A stretch of DNA of 64,000 bases from Vicugna vicugna (taxonomy: Eukaryota): contig MU058213.1 of NCBI GenBank assembly GCA_013265495.1, positions 2,728,001 through 2,792,000 on the forward strand, read 5' to 3'. Position 1 is the first letter of the stretch; each line of letters starts with the position of its first letter. Shown one piece after another: positions 37,560-50,595 of this stretch. A program made the translations under genes and the position numbers. The notes beneath the pieces are model-generated. The model ran no database searches and was not told the DNA's origin. It saw only the letters and a list, made by a program, of their open reading frames with translations.

Positions 37560-40035
37560 CTTTTAATCCTATATAAAAATTGAAGGATAATTATCTGTTA
37601 ATGGATACAGAATATAAAAAAGAAGAATACAAAGGGTTGGCAAAGAGAATGGGAGTAAGAGTATAGAGATTTTCTATGTGATTGTAGTTCGGCTGATATC
37701 AACTTAAAATATACGGTTATAACTGCAAGATATTTTATGCAAATCTCAAGCTAATCACAAACAAAAAACCTGTAATAGGTAAAGAAAAGGAAAAAAAGGA
37801 AACGAATTAAATCACTAAAAGTCATTAAAATAACAAAGAAAGACAGCAATAGAGGAAGAGAGGAATAAAAGGGCAGCAAAACAGAAAACAATTAACAAAA
37901 TGGTGATAAGTGTGCACCTATCAATAATTAATTGTAAATGGATTAAGTGTCCCAATCAAAAAGGACAAAAATTTTAAACATAGAAAAAAGTCTTCTTGAA
38001 CTTGGTCTAGGCAGTAGTTTTTAATAGGACATCAAAAATACCAGCAAATAAAGCAAAAATGGTACGCGGGATTGCAGCAAACTAAAAAGCTTCTGCACAG
38101 CAAAGAAAGCCAACAACAAAATGAAAAAGGAACCTATGCAATGGGAAAAAATATTTACAAACCACATATTTGTTAAGAGGTTAGTGTCTGAAATATATAA
38201 GCAAACTATAAAACTCAATAGCAAAAACCAACAAACAAAAACCCACATAATCTAACATAAATCTAAATTTAAAAAATAGGCAAAGAGCTTGAATGGACAT
38301 TTCTCAAAATAAGATATACAAATGGCCAGGAGATATATGAAAAGGAGTTTAATATCACTAATCATCAGGGAAATGAAAGTCACAATAGATATCACCTCAT
38401 ACCTGTTAGAACTGCTATCAAAAAGTCAAAGACAAGTATTGGTGAGAATGTACAGAAAACAAAACCACAGTATAGTGTCGGTGAGAATGTAAGTTGGTAC
38501 AGTCATTATGGAACAGATGTTTCTCAAAAAAATTAAAAAGAGAACTACTTTATAAGCCAGTAATGCCACTTCTGCACATATAACTAAATAAAATGAAATC
38601 AGTATATCAAAGAGGTATCTGTACTCCTGTGTTCATTGTCCCACTATTCTCAATAGCCAAGATGTGGAAACAATCTAATTGCCTGTCAATGGATGATGGG
38701 TCTCTCTCTCTCACATACTCACATACACACACACACACAGGATTATTATTCAGCCCTAACAAAGAAACCCTGCCATGGAGGGTTTCTGGAGGACATCATG
38801 TAAGTGAAGTAAGCCAGACACAGGAAGACTAGGCCGCATGATCTCTCTTACATGTACAACCTAAAACAGTCAAACTCACAGAAGCAGAGCACACAATGGC
38901 GGTTGCCAGGCGTTGTGGTAGGAGAAAACTGGGAGATATTGGGAAACAGATACAAAGTTTTAGTTATGCAAAAAGATTACATTCTGGAGAGGAAATGTAC
39001 AGCAACATGCCTATAGTTAACAATATTGTACTATATACTTGGATTTGCTAAAAGGGTAGATCTTAAGTGTTCTCACCGTAACTGAGCAGGACCCTACTGT
39101 CACTGGTGACCATCTGATATCTTTAACGGTGTTTACAACTGCTTATCTGTATAATGGTTAAAAGGGTTTTTCTCATGCTCTCATGACCAGGTTTAGGCTG
39201 CAGAAGAGGGAGGCCTGGGTGGTCCACCCAACCTCCTCCTGGTGCTGTGTGAGGAGATCATGCTCGATGCCTTGCTTTTATCCCCCGTGCCCTGCCTTTG
39301 CTCCGGGTGCACTCCTCTTAATCCTGACACCTCAGAAATGGCAATTGAGTGTTTTGTGCATTTTGTTGTTCATAACTTGCCCAACTGCACATGTCTCCAG
39401 TTGTCTTTAGCCCCTTGTGGTTTCCTTGTATCTTGTGTTTCGAGCTGCAGACCTCAGTCTTCTTAAAAGGCTAAAAGCATTTATCAACCTGACTTTCAAC
39501 TGCACAAGTTTTTCTCTAGAGCTCTTTTCCACAGACCCCCTTCCTATGCATCCTTTGTTCTAGGTACAAGAATATTAAGAGTCCCAAAGCCATAGGTGAA
39601 CTTCAAACCCAACAGAGGGAAGGGGACTGCTGCATCTGCAAAGACAAGAACAATTTTGCAACAATTTGTTACCCTTTATATGATCTCTATAGAAACTAGC
39701 TCCATCCCTTGAACTCCTGAACTTTTAGGATAAAACCCACTGCCGTCTCTCCCCAGTAGGCTCACAGTCTTAGAGGCATTATTCCACTGTGACCTCCTTT
39801 GCCTGGCAATGAAATAAAGCTGCATTTTCTATGTCATCCCAAACTCTATCTTCGAGTCTCAATTCGGTAAGTAGGGTACAGAGGCTGTTTTGGCAACATC
39901 ACTAGAAAAAAAAATAACTAGATGAGGTGATACATAAGTTAATTAGCATGTCTGTGGCAAAGATTTCACAATGTATACATATATCAACACATCAAGTCAT
40001 GTGCCTTAAATATATGTAATTTTATTAACCAAAAA
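37560..40035 (+). mobile_element. LINE-1 (L1MA9-like) with large internal deletion, interrupted by an LTR
   Basis: Inter-ORF and EN start (ataattaattgtaaatggattaa) joined to ORF2 3' end (aaaagcttctgcacagcaaag); 3'UTR split at 39076/39899. Confidence 0.75.
39077..39898 (+). mobile_element. Solo ERV1-class LTR nested in L1 3'UTR
   Basis: (c)gtaactgagcaggaccc...ttggcaaca termini, AATAAA near 39813, exact 4-bp TSD tcac (39073-39076 / 39899-39902). Confidence 0.8.
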
Positions 40036-40669
40036 ATTTACACAGCTTCATTTCATAATGTAAAAGTCATTAGTGAATAAGGCAAAAGCAGGTTAAAGGG
40101 AACAGTGGGACTGAAATTAGACTTAAGTGAACAGAAGAGTGAATGAGACATGAGGGTGTAAAGATATAAAGTCTTCTGAGAGTTTTAGTGAAAAGGCAGA
40201 ACTGAGAAATAGGTCACTAGATAGAAATCTAGAATCAAGGGAAGGAGCTTATTTGAATTCTGGTAGGGATAATCCAATAGGGAAATTGTTTGATAATGCT
40301 CAAGCAAGAAGGGATATCCAAGGAAAGAGAAGTCCTTAAAAGGCAGGGCACAATAGAGCACATCTGGAGAGAATGGTCTTTGACATGAGCAGGAACTCAG
40401 CATCCTTGTGATTAGAAGAAATTTAAAAAATGGTCCTGGTATTTTCTAGATTTGATATTAGAAGGAAGAGAGAGTTCTTTTCTGGTGGTTTCTATCTTCC
40501 TACTGAAGTTGAGGCAAGTAGAGTAGTGACTGAGACTAGGAGTTTGAGGAGAGGGGTGGTAAAATAAAGGAGTTCCTGTGGAGAGTGGAGAGAGAGCCAA
40601 AATCATGGTAGACTCTCAATAGTTAGTCTCAATTAAATCCATCCTTAACTGCCTGTAAATCACAAACAT

Positions 40670-40880
40670 GATAATAATTGATGCAACTGTGTAAACATCT
40701 ATCACTTTACGTATATCATTTCTTTTCATTTAAACTTTAAAACAACCCTATGATGTTAAAGTCATTTTCCACACTTAGGAATATGAAGCTTAGAAAGATT
40801 ATGTAACATGTCAAGCTAGTATATGGCAGGGAAGTGAACTGAATTCAGTTCTATTTAATGTAAGTTATATTGGCTCTTTA
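40670..40880 (-). mobile_element. MIR SINE
   Basis: aacaaccctatga...gaagcttagaaagattatgtaacatgtcaagctagta reverse MIR. Confidence 0.55.
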
Positions 40881-40906
40881 ACAATGTAAGTTATAAAACA
40901 CCGTAA

Positions 40907-41580
40907 CAATGTTTCTCAAATTTGAGTAATGCAAGCAATTTAAAGGGAAACAATTCTCATGGGCTCCTAGCATTTACTGAAATTTAAATATGTACAAACA
41001 TAAAAATGAGAACAAACTCTATCCATACAGCTTTTATAAAACTAGAAAACCACGTAACATTTATAAATTAGCAATAACAAAACTGTAAGTCCAATAAAAT
41101 TCTAAGTATCAACATTATTCTAAAGTGATACTTGTTAAAATTGATTCATTTATAATAAATTTAATAGTAAAGTAATATATTTTGTGTAATGTTTAATTTT
41201 TGTGAATCTTTGTATTTTGAACATAACAGACTATCATTTAAGTCAGCATCATTGTCATTATTTTTCCTTTCTAACAACAGACTAGTTTCTAATCACCAAT
41301 TATTTTTAATATTGAATTCTTCACTAATGCACTTAAAAATACAATACTGAAAAAATTAAAGAAAATGTCTTCATTGTATATTTACTTCACTTACAGCTAA
41401 CAATTTGAAGGTAATATTTATAAAGGTGATAGATGTTTACCATTTTTACATATGGTCTTGACTATCCAAGTGCAGCTACAGCTTAATGAACTAATTATTT
41501 CATTGACACAATTCTCAATTCCAAATACTGCGCACTAAAGTCATTTGGTCTTCTCTTGACACCAGAGCATTTTTAAACTA
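40907..41580. mobile_element. Possible hAT-Charlie DNA transposon remnant
   Basis: Begins caatgtttctcaaattt (Charlie-like TIR); AT-rich body; heavily decayed. Confidence 0.3.
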
Positions 41581-43314
41581 AAATACAAATGCAGGCACTG
41601 AAAGTGGGTAAAAACACCATTTATAAAAGTTATTCAAATAATCTCAAGTTTGAGATAGTAACTCAGTTCTCTCATCCAAGCTCAATTCTGCAATGCTCCC
41701 CTTAACAATACAATTGCTACACCCCCTTGAAGTGGGTACTCAGATTTGTGCTCGGTACTTTAAGTAAAGGCCATGAACATATTTATTTGAAAGAATACAG
41801 GGTCTCTATGGAATGGCAACTTCCTAAATCTAATCTCTTTACCCATGATGTAACTACCACAGAGAGAAACAAAGGAAGTAAATAGATATGCCCATAAACC
41901 ATATCAAAGCATAATTTGGGAAACAAAGAATAAAATATAATTCAGTATACATGTAAGTAAGGCAAATATCTGAAACTTGTGGTCAGTTCTGAACTCAAGA
42001 GTAGACTGTCAGGTAGAGACTGTACACAATAGGAGAGACAGCAGTGGGGTGGGGGGCTAACAGTGGTGGAATATAGATAAAATCAATGCCAGGTAGAGTC
42101 AGACATTGAATAAGGGAAATCTTTAAGAATAAGTCTGAGGCGTTGAGGATCAGAATGCTAGAATTTCTGTTTGAAACTAAAGGCAGCAATCTTGGGGTGG
42201 GAGTATTTCTTAAGGCATGTGAAGAAGTAAACAGTGGAATATGGTTCCTACAGAAATACAAAGAGAATCAAAAAATTCAAAGACATATCATCTCCTTCTT
42301 TGCCCACAGCACCGCTTGGCAAAAAATCTACTGAAGATTGTATAGCATCAAAAGAAAAGGGCGCTCTAAAGACATCTTGAAAACTACCAAAATTTCAGAG
42401 TAACAGACAGAATCACCTGTTATTGCTAACCTAGGAAAAGGTAAGACACTTAAAACAAGTGGCAGAAGCCCCTCCTACAAAGCTATTGTAAGAAAAAAAA
42501 TAGTTTAACTGATAAAAGTCTCCAAATACATAAACATAAGCAACAAAAAATTGAAACAATATCCTAAGCTAAATTAAAAATCTTTTAAAGCATTTATAAA
42601 TATTAATAAAAGTTTTGAATTAGATGTTTAAATATCTAAATGTAAATGAGCAAAAAAGGGAAGCTATAGAATGGTAGTTCACTGGACTCAGGAAAGAAAC
42701 TGAACAAAAACAAAATCATCTCTAAAATAAAGGTAAAATTTGAACTTTGTGCAAGAGAATAAGTGCAACTTAAATATAATAAAAATAATTGAGAAGAAAT
42801 ATGAAGATATCCAAGAAAACTAAAATAAGCCAAAGAGAATGAAAAAAAAAAGATTTTATGAATACTGTTAAGTATGGTAGATAAACAAAGCTCTAACAGA
42901 TTACTGGATCACTGAAGAAAACATAATGAAACAGATATTTTAAAACATAATCCAAGAAACTTTGCAGAAATAATAGAAAATCTGAATCTATATTCCGAAA
43001 GGATCTTTAAAGATAAAAAAAATAATCCTTTGAGCCTCCAGGCAAAATGACTAGATGACTTATATAGGGGGAAAAAATCAAATTGGCATCGACTAGCTCA
43101 ATAGCAGCAAAGAGAATATAACCATGGTGTAGCAATGCTTTCAAGTAATGAAGGGAAAGAAAGTATAAGCTGAAGATTTTTAATCAAGTTGCCCATCAAC
43201 CATCAAGATTAAGAAAACAGTTGAATATCAAAGGCCTCAGAGAATACTGTACTCACAAAATTTCCGTGCAAAATTTACTACACAAAAAGCTTCATGAACA
43301 AAGAGAAGGCCACT

Positions 43315-43453
43315 GTACATGCACATCTAAGGACTAATTTCACTGAGTCCAGACTCTTGCATCCTGTCATACATAGAAATAAACACTAAAACCATTAACT
43401 TCAGGTGTCTGGGGTTTTTGTAATCAGCAGTAATATTTTGATGTTTGACCACA

Positions 43454-43493
<40 letters not shown>

Positions 43494-43750
43494 AACACAG
43501 AGACAAAACAACATGAGGAAATGGAGGAATATGTTCTAAATGAAAGAAAAGGATAAGCTGCAGGGGAAAAAAAACTTAGTGTAATGGAGATAAATGATTT
43601 ACCTGATATCCTATATACCCTGGCTCCTTTCTTACCTCCTCAGAGCGATATGAGAAGCTGTCTCCCGGGCTACAGTTCTCTGCAAGGTCCCCAAATAAAA
43701 CATAACTCACAACTTTTAGGTTGTGCTTTTTTTTTTTTTCCCAGTTGACA
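43315..43750 (+). mobile_element. ERV1 LTR fragment (MER34/LTR39-like) with an internal insertion
   Basis: catacatagaa...cactaaaaccattaact and ctgtctcccgggctacag...aataaaacataactcacaacttttaggttgtg...gttgaca terminus. Confidence 0.65.
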
Positions 43751-45165
43751 GGGATGAAGTGGGAATCAAAATATATTCCTGTGAAGCTGAACAACCAAAG
43801 AAACCAAACCCAAACCAAAGTTGAAATAACGAAAAGAGCACTAAAACTACCATTAAAAATATTAGTACAAAGGTAACAACAAGAATAAAAATTCAAACTT
43901 GCCAATACAACAAAAGAAATTTAAAAGGTGTTTTAAAAAAGCATTTCTCTTAGAGAAGAAATACAATAAAGTAGTACAAATCAATACAAAAATAGAAAAA
44001 ATGACAAAGTTGAGATCACATTTATAAGCCATCACAGTAACTGTAAATGAATTTATCTATTGAAAAAAAAAGATTTTCAGGTTGATTATCAAAGTAAGGT
44101 GAAGCTCTACACTATAGAAGAGATAGACCTACCACAAAATGATCCAGAAAAACTAAGAATAAAGGCATTAAACGGGCGAATGTACACAAGACCAATACTG
44201 ATATCACACACAAGGTAGAATTCATGCCAAAAATAATAAAGTGAAACAAAAAAATACTATTTTGTAACACTAAAAAAACACAGTTTATAATAAAGATATA
44301 ATACCTACCAATCCTAAACCAAAAAAAAAAAAAAATCCCCCAGCAACAGCATTTATAAATAGAAACTACAGGCAAGAAAAAAGAAGCTGACAGAAACACT
44401 CATCACAGACTTCAACACACTACTCTCGGCCTAACACAGGTCAACTAAAGAAAATACAGAGATATTAAAGACTTAAATAATTATCAGTAAGGTAGATCTT
44501 ATGGACATATATATCAAACTTCATAACCTTAAAATGAAAAAATGTATCTCCTAAACCACACATGTAACATTTATGCAAATCTGATCCCCAAAATGTTTCT
44601 GTTAGCACCACAAAATAGAAATAGAAACAACATTATCTTCTCAAAATGCAATAAAAATAGGAATTAGTAAGAGATTATTTAAAGTATTCTAACTCAAAAT
44701 TGAAAATCTCTCTATCAATTTGTTGAATAGGGAAATGTACATCAAAATAAACAAACTCTAAAAGTAATGGTAACAAAAGCACCCCACGTAAGTATCTGTG
44801 AGGCAGCAGACAAGTACTGATCAAACAGAAATGCAAATGCATCACCTCATATACTTAAATAAATACAATTTTTAAATGAAAATGAGTTAAATTCTCACCT
44901 CAAAATAGTTGATACAGGGATAAAAAAGTAAATCAAAGTAAAGCAGAAGGAAAAGAAAAAGTGAGGTAAAAATTAAAATACAAAAATAGGTATAATACAT
45001 TAAAACATTGGTTCCTGGGTAAAAGTAAAATATATAAATTAATCAGTAAGGAAGGGGAAAGTATACAAACAACACAAATGATAAGTGGAAAATAATAGTT
45101 GAAACTTTTTAACCATAAGGGATTATTTTGTACAACACTGTACAAATAAGTTTAAATTCTAAGTT

Positions 45166-45359
45166 CAGTACTGTACAATAGGACTTCTGCAACGATAGAT
45201 GTCCCACATCTGCACTGTCTGACAGACACGTGTCTACTGAATACATGGACACTTAAACGTGCCTAGTATGACTGAAGAGCCGAAATTCGTGTTTAATTAT
45301 AATTAACTTGAGTATGAATAGCCTCACACAGATAGCAGCTACTATATTGAAAAGCACGG
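45166..45359. mobile_element. MER3-like hAT MITE
   Basis: cagtactgtacaatagg...atctgcactgtc...gctactatattgaaaagcac, matching MER3 layout. Confidence 0.7.
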
Positions 45360-45609
45360 AGATAAAAGTGAAATTTTCCTAAGAAAATGCAATTTATCAA
45401 ATCAACTCCAATAGAGATTTTAAAAATCTACAACCCACTTCTATAGAAGTAAAGAAAATTATCAAAAAATCTCTACCTCTCTCAGTCTCTGACATTGATA
45501 CACATCATCATGCCCAGATACTTTACCCAGAAGAATTTTACCAAACCATCAAAAACTAAGTAATTCCAACTCTAAAATGCTTCTCAGAATTTCTAAACTT
45601 TCCCCCTCA

Positions 45610-46200
45610 ACTTAAGATATAATTGACACATAAAGTTCTATAAGTTTAAGGTGTACAAATTGTTGATGTCCTCTAGGACCATCCATGTTGTCGCAAATGA
45701 CAGCATTCCCTACATTCTTGTGGGTGAATAATATTCCATTGTGTATATAGTACAACGTCTTTACCCATTTCCACTGACAGGCATTTACGTTTTTCCGTAT
45801 CTTGGCTATTGTGAACAATGCTGGGAATGCAAGTATCTCTTCGAGACCCTGTTTTCATTTTCTTCAGATATACACCCAGAAGTGACATTGCTAGATCACA
45901 GGGTGGCTCTATTTTTAATTTTTTGAGGACCTTGCACACTGTTTTCCATAGTGGCTGCATCTCTTTACATTCTCCCCAATAGCTCATGAGAGTTTCTTTT
46001 TCTCCACATTCTCATCAACATTTGTTCTCTCATCTTTTTGACAAAAGCCATATTATCTTTTGTTCTATTAATATGGTATATGATGTTGATTATTGGTGTA
46101 TGTTGAATTATTCTTGTACCCCAGGAATAAATCCCATGTAATCAGGTGTACAATTCTTTTAATATGCTGTTAAATTTGGTTTGCTAATATTTTGTTGAAA
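45610..46200 (-). mobile_element. LINE-1 3' and ORF2 fragments, internally deleted
   Basis: Minus-strand peptide [30 protein letters not shown]; 3' terminus at 45610. Confidence 0.8.
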
Positions 46201-47239
46201 AACCAAAAATTTTATAGGAAGTTTGTATGAGGCTTTATTTAGAGAAGTATAACCTGATACCTACCTTAAAAAAACTATAAAAAAAATTTGAACTCCAGAC
46301 TAACCAGAATTTTAAGTATCATTTCAAAAATACTAGATAAAGCTTTAGCAAATGGAATCCAGCATCAAATTTTAAAGAATGAATGGCCTAGTAATGCCAG
46401 GATTGGTTTATTATTAGAAAATGCATTACTATAGTTCACCATATTAAGAATTCTAAGAAGAAAAATCACATTATCCCCATGAATGAGGAAAAGGCCTTTG
46501 ACAAAATTCAACGCTTACTTGATTTTTAAAATAAGATTGGCAAATACCTCCTCAACATGATAAAATAAATATATCTTAATTCCAAGACAGCATCTGACTT
46601 CACAGGGAAATATCAAGAACATTTCAGGAAAAAGGAAAAATGAAATCAAATGAGAAACGTAAGTAGAAACATAAACATTGGAAAGTAAGAAATAAATCAT
46701 ATCTATTTGCAGATGATAAGTAGTTTGCCAGTTTAGCCAAAGCAAAACAATGTCAAAAAGCAAAAACAGCAAAAAAATTCAGCACGGTAACAGGATATAA
46801 AATTAATATGCAAAAGTTGATAATCTTTTAGCTGCTACATGTACACAATAACCAGCTAGAAGAAATAACAAAAGAAAAAACTCTATTGCCAATATATCAA
46901 AAATGTTTAAAATATTTAGGAGTAAATCTAATAAGAAACAGGCAAACAAATGTGAGGAAAATTTCAAAACCTTAATGGATAGAAAATCATCTCTTCTTAT
47001 ATCGTATCACTCAACATCACAGTATAGCATTGCTGCTGAAGCCACTGTCTAAGTGTAAGGCGACTCCAAGGGAAAATCAGTGTTTTTATCTAAAATTAAG
47101 TAAGTTCATGGCAAAGTTATGAGGATAAATAAACACATAAGTATAGGTAGAGAAATACTGAGGAAGAAAAGGACCAACTGGGGAGAATAACCCTACAGGT
47201 TATTAAACATTAAAAGCCTCCGTAATTAAAACAATATGA

Positions 47240-47303
47240 TGGAATTTGACACAACATTGTAAAATGATTATAACTCAATAAAAAAAGGTTTAAAAAATTT
47301 AAA
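47240..47303 (+). mobile_element. Extreme 3' tip of a young camelid L1
   Basis: tggaatttgacacaacattgtaaaatgattataactcaataaaaaaa, near-identical to the reverse complement of 60945-60990; flanked by aatatga repeats. Confidence 0.75.
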
Positions 47304-47564
47304 AATATGAAATTTGTATATGAATATATGTGAAGACCAAATAAGTAAAAAACAAAGACTTACTTGCTTACAAAAGATAAAACCAGATCCACATCCCATA
47401 CCATAAAAAAGAATAAACTCCAAAGGGATTAGATATTTAGATCTAAAAAATCTAAATTCAAATCTAAAAAATTTGAAATCATGCAAGTACTAGAAGAAAA
47501 TATAGGTGGTTTCTTTGAGCCTTATAAAGAATCCAGGTGCAATAAGAGAAATAAATACTGATAG

Positions 47565-48890
47565 ATAAACATAACCTACTGAATGGGAGAAAATAATTGC
47601 AAATTACATATCTGATAAGGGGTTAATATCCAAAATAAGGAACTCATACAGATTACCAAAAAAATCTTATTAAAAAATTAGTAAGATCTAAACAGATATT
47701 TTTCCAAAGAAGACACACAGATGGCCAACAGGTACATGAAAAGATGCTCAACATCAGTGATTAACAGGAAATGCAAATCAAACCACAACGAGATATCACC
47801 CCAAACCTGTTCATCAAAAAGATGAGAGAGGACAAGTTTTGGCAAGGACACGCAGAAGAGAGAACACTCACACACTGTTAGTGAGAATGTAAATTGGTGT
47901 AACCCATATAGAAAACAGTATGGCATTTCCTCAAAAGAAAACTGAAAATAGAACTACAATATGATCCAGCAATTTCACTTGTGGTTTTTAATGCAAAAGA
48001 TATCCACACACTCATGTTCAGTACAGCATTATTTTCATAGTCAAGATATGAAAACAACCTGAGTGACCATGGGAGGATGAATAAAGAAGATGTGATATAC
48101 AAACATACACATATACATGCACACATACATACATGTATATAATGAAACTCTCCTCAGCTATAAAAAAGAATGGAATCTTCCATTTCCTACAACATAGATG
48201 GAACTTGAGGTCATCATGGTAAGTGAAGTAAGTCAGAGAAAAACAAACTCCAAGTGATCTCACTTATATGTGGAATTTAAAGTAAAAAGCAAACAAACGA
48301 AAAAGAAACAAACCAAAAAAATAAATTAACAAACAGAACAAAAAACCCGAAAAAACCCAAGCTCATAGATACAGATAACTGATGGTCGGCAGAGGTGGGG
48401 TGGGGCATGAGGTGAGGGAGCTCAAAATGTACAAACTAAAGTCATGGGGATATGATGTACAGCATGGTGATTATAGTTAACAATACTGTATTGCATAGTT
48501 GAGAGTTCTTAGAGAGTAGATCTTAAAAATCCTCATCACAAGAAAAAAAAACGTTTTGTGACTATGGTGTCAGCTGTCAACTAGACTTACTGTGGGGATC
48601 ATCTCACAATATAGCTGACCCTTGAACAACACAGGGGTTAGAGGTGCTGACCAAGCCCCCTGCCCTATGCAGTTGAAAATTCACATATAAATTTATAGTT
48701 GGCCCTCAATACCCATGGTGCTGCATCTTCAAAGTCAACCAATCGCAGATCATGTAGTACTCATGTAAGTGACCCAGGAAGTTAATATTAGTGTTGTTAA
48801 AGGGTTAATTCTATATAAAAGTATAGAATTATCATGTTATATACCTGAATCTAATATGCTGTTATATGCCAATTATACCTCAATTTTTTA
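47565..48890 (+). mobile_element. LINE-1 3' ~1.1 kb (L1MA9-like)
   Basis: gaatgggagaaaata...catatctgataaggggttaatatcc...aagtgaagtaagtcag...atgtacagcatggtgattatagttaac...ccaattatacctcaat. Confidence 0.8.
48612..48811. mobile_element. Tigger2-family MITE (MER8/MER28-like) nested in L1 3'UTR
   Basis: TIRs tagctgacccttgaacaacac / gtgttgttaaagggttaattc with TA target duplication. Confidence 0.75.
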
Positions 48891-50469
48891 AAATTAGTAT
48901 CTTTATTATGACCACAAAATTAAAAAGACAAGTAACAAACTATGAGAAAACATTAGCAATATGCATCAGAGACAAAAGGCTGATCCCTTTAATGTATAAA
49001 GACCTGTTAAAAGTCGAGCAAAAAGAAAATCTGCAAAAGCTATGAATAGACAAGTCACAAGAAAAAATGAAATGCCTCTTAAAGTGGAAGAATGTATAAC
49101 TTTATTCATAACAAAAGAAATGCAAATTAAAATTTCATCAAAATAAATGTCTTACCCAACCAATTTGCAAAAATAAATAAAGGAATGTGAGTAGACAAGT
49201 TATTGGTTACACTATGGAAAAGAGATAATTTCATACATTTGTAATGGGCATCAAAACACTCCATCCACTATAGAGATGTGGCAAACCTGACAAATCTATA
49301 TGTTTACCATTGAACCATAATTCCATTTCTAAGTATTTTACCCTGAATATATATCTCCACAGTTATGAAATATTTAAATGTAGATACTCCTTATGTTTTT
49401 ATCTCTAATAGCTAAATATTGAAAATCCTAAATTTCCATTCCAAGCCAAAGACTGGGTAAATATTCTAAGCTATGTTAACATAATGGAGAATTATGCAGC
49501 CATCAAAAAGGAGGAGTGGATGGATAGCTCAAGTGTAGAGAATTTGATTGCAAAAAAGAGGGAGATCTTTAAAAACTGACATAAGTCATTTTTAAGATAC
49601 AGTGTTAAATGGAAAAGGTGTAAAAGCACATACACATATAAATACATATGTACAACACTGTTATACATGGAAAATTCAAATAAAAATAAACACGTAAGTG
49701 TGTGAATGTGTGCATTCATGTGTGTGAAGAGGAAAAGAGATAAAGAGAAAGCAAACACCAGAAAATTTTAGCAATTAGGCAGCACAGGTAAAGAGTCTAT
49801 GTATCACGGTACTACCCTTTCAACTTTCCTCAGGGTTCCAAGTTTTATTAAAAGTTGGGGAATTTTACAAGGCATTTTTTTGCTAAGTGAACATGGTCTT
49901 CAAATTTGTTTGCTAGATTTTGAATTCCTGCAGTTGTTTAATGTTCTCATACCACTTGATGGCTACAGGACTAAAATAAGCCCAACCAGGAAAGAAAAAC
50001 AAGCCATCTATGTGATAATAAAAGCCAAACAACTTTTTCCACTGAGTAGGAAGAAGAAATTACCATCATTATACTTATTGGCAAGTTACATTCTTATAAA
50101 TTGTTATTTTCCTAATGCAATATAACCATTTATTGCTTTGTGTCAGCACCCACTAATAGGGAGAGACAAATAGGCAGAATTTATGCCCAATTACACTGTG
50201 GCAAGTTTTTTATACTCTAAAAACAACAATATGCCAACACTAATACAAGAAGATATGAGAGGTATTTTTTCATAATTTACAGGACAGGAAATCACATTAT
50301 CTCCCTCTATTACATGATTAAATATTGTGGGAAACATACATTCAGGTTTATAGTCTAATGGACAGCTATACAAGGTGCAGAAGCAATCCTGTGATAGCTC
50401 ATCATTACAGTCAGCCCAGTCTCAAATGGAGCAAAAATGACACATGAAGAAAAGGGCAGAAGACCAAGG

Positions 50470-50595
50470 TTACAGCTTTAGCTCTGCTTCTCAATAGATC
50501 AATGTGGGGGGTGGGGGCGGGAGTCACTTGCCTTCTCTGAGCTTCGATTTCATCTGTAAAATGAGGCACTTGAACAGAATGAAGGTTGTTAAAAC
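50470..50595 (+). mobile_element. MIR SINE
   Basis: agtcacttgccttctctgagcttcgatttcatctgtaaaatgagg core. Confidence 0.65.

Larger units (their letters stand above)
41995..49850 (+). mobile_element. Ancient near-full-length LINE-1 (L1M/L1ME-like) carrying several nested insertions
   Basis: ORF1-like 42600-43300, EN 44030-44700, RT-region motifs 46200-47100 (aaggcctttgacaaaattcaac, ctatttgcagatgat) and 3' end 48900-49850, all in order. Confidence 0.6.
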
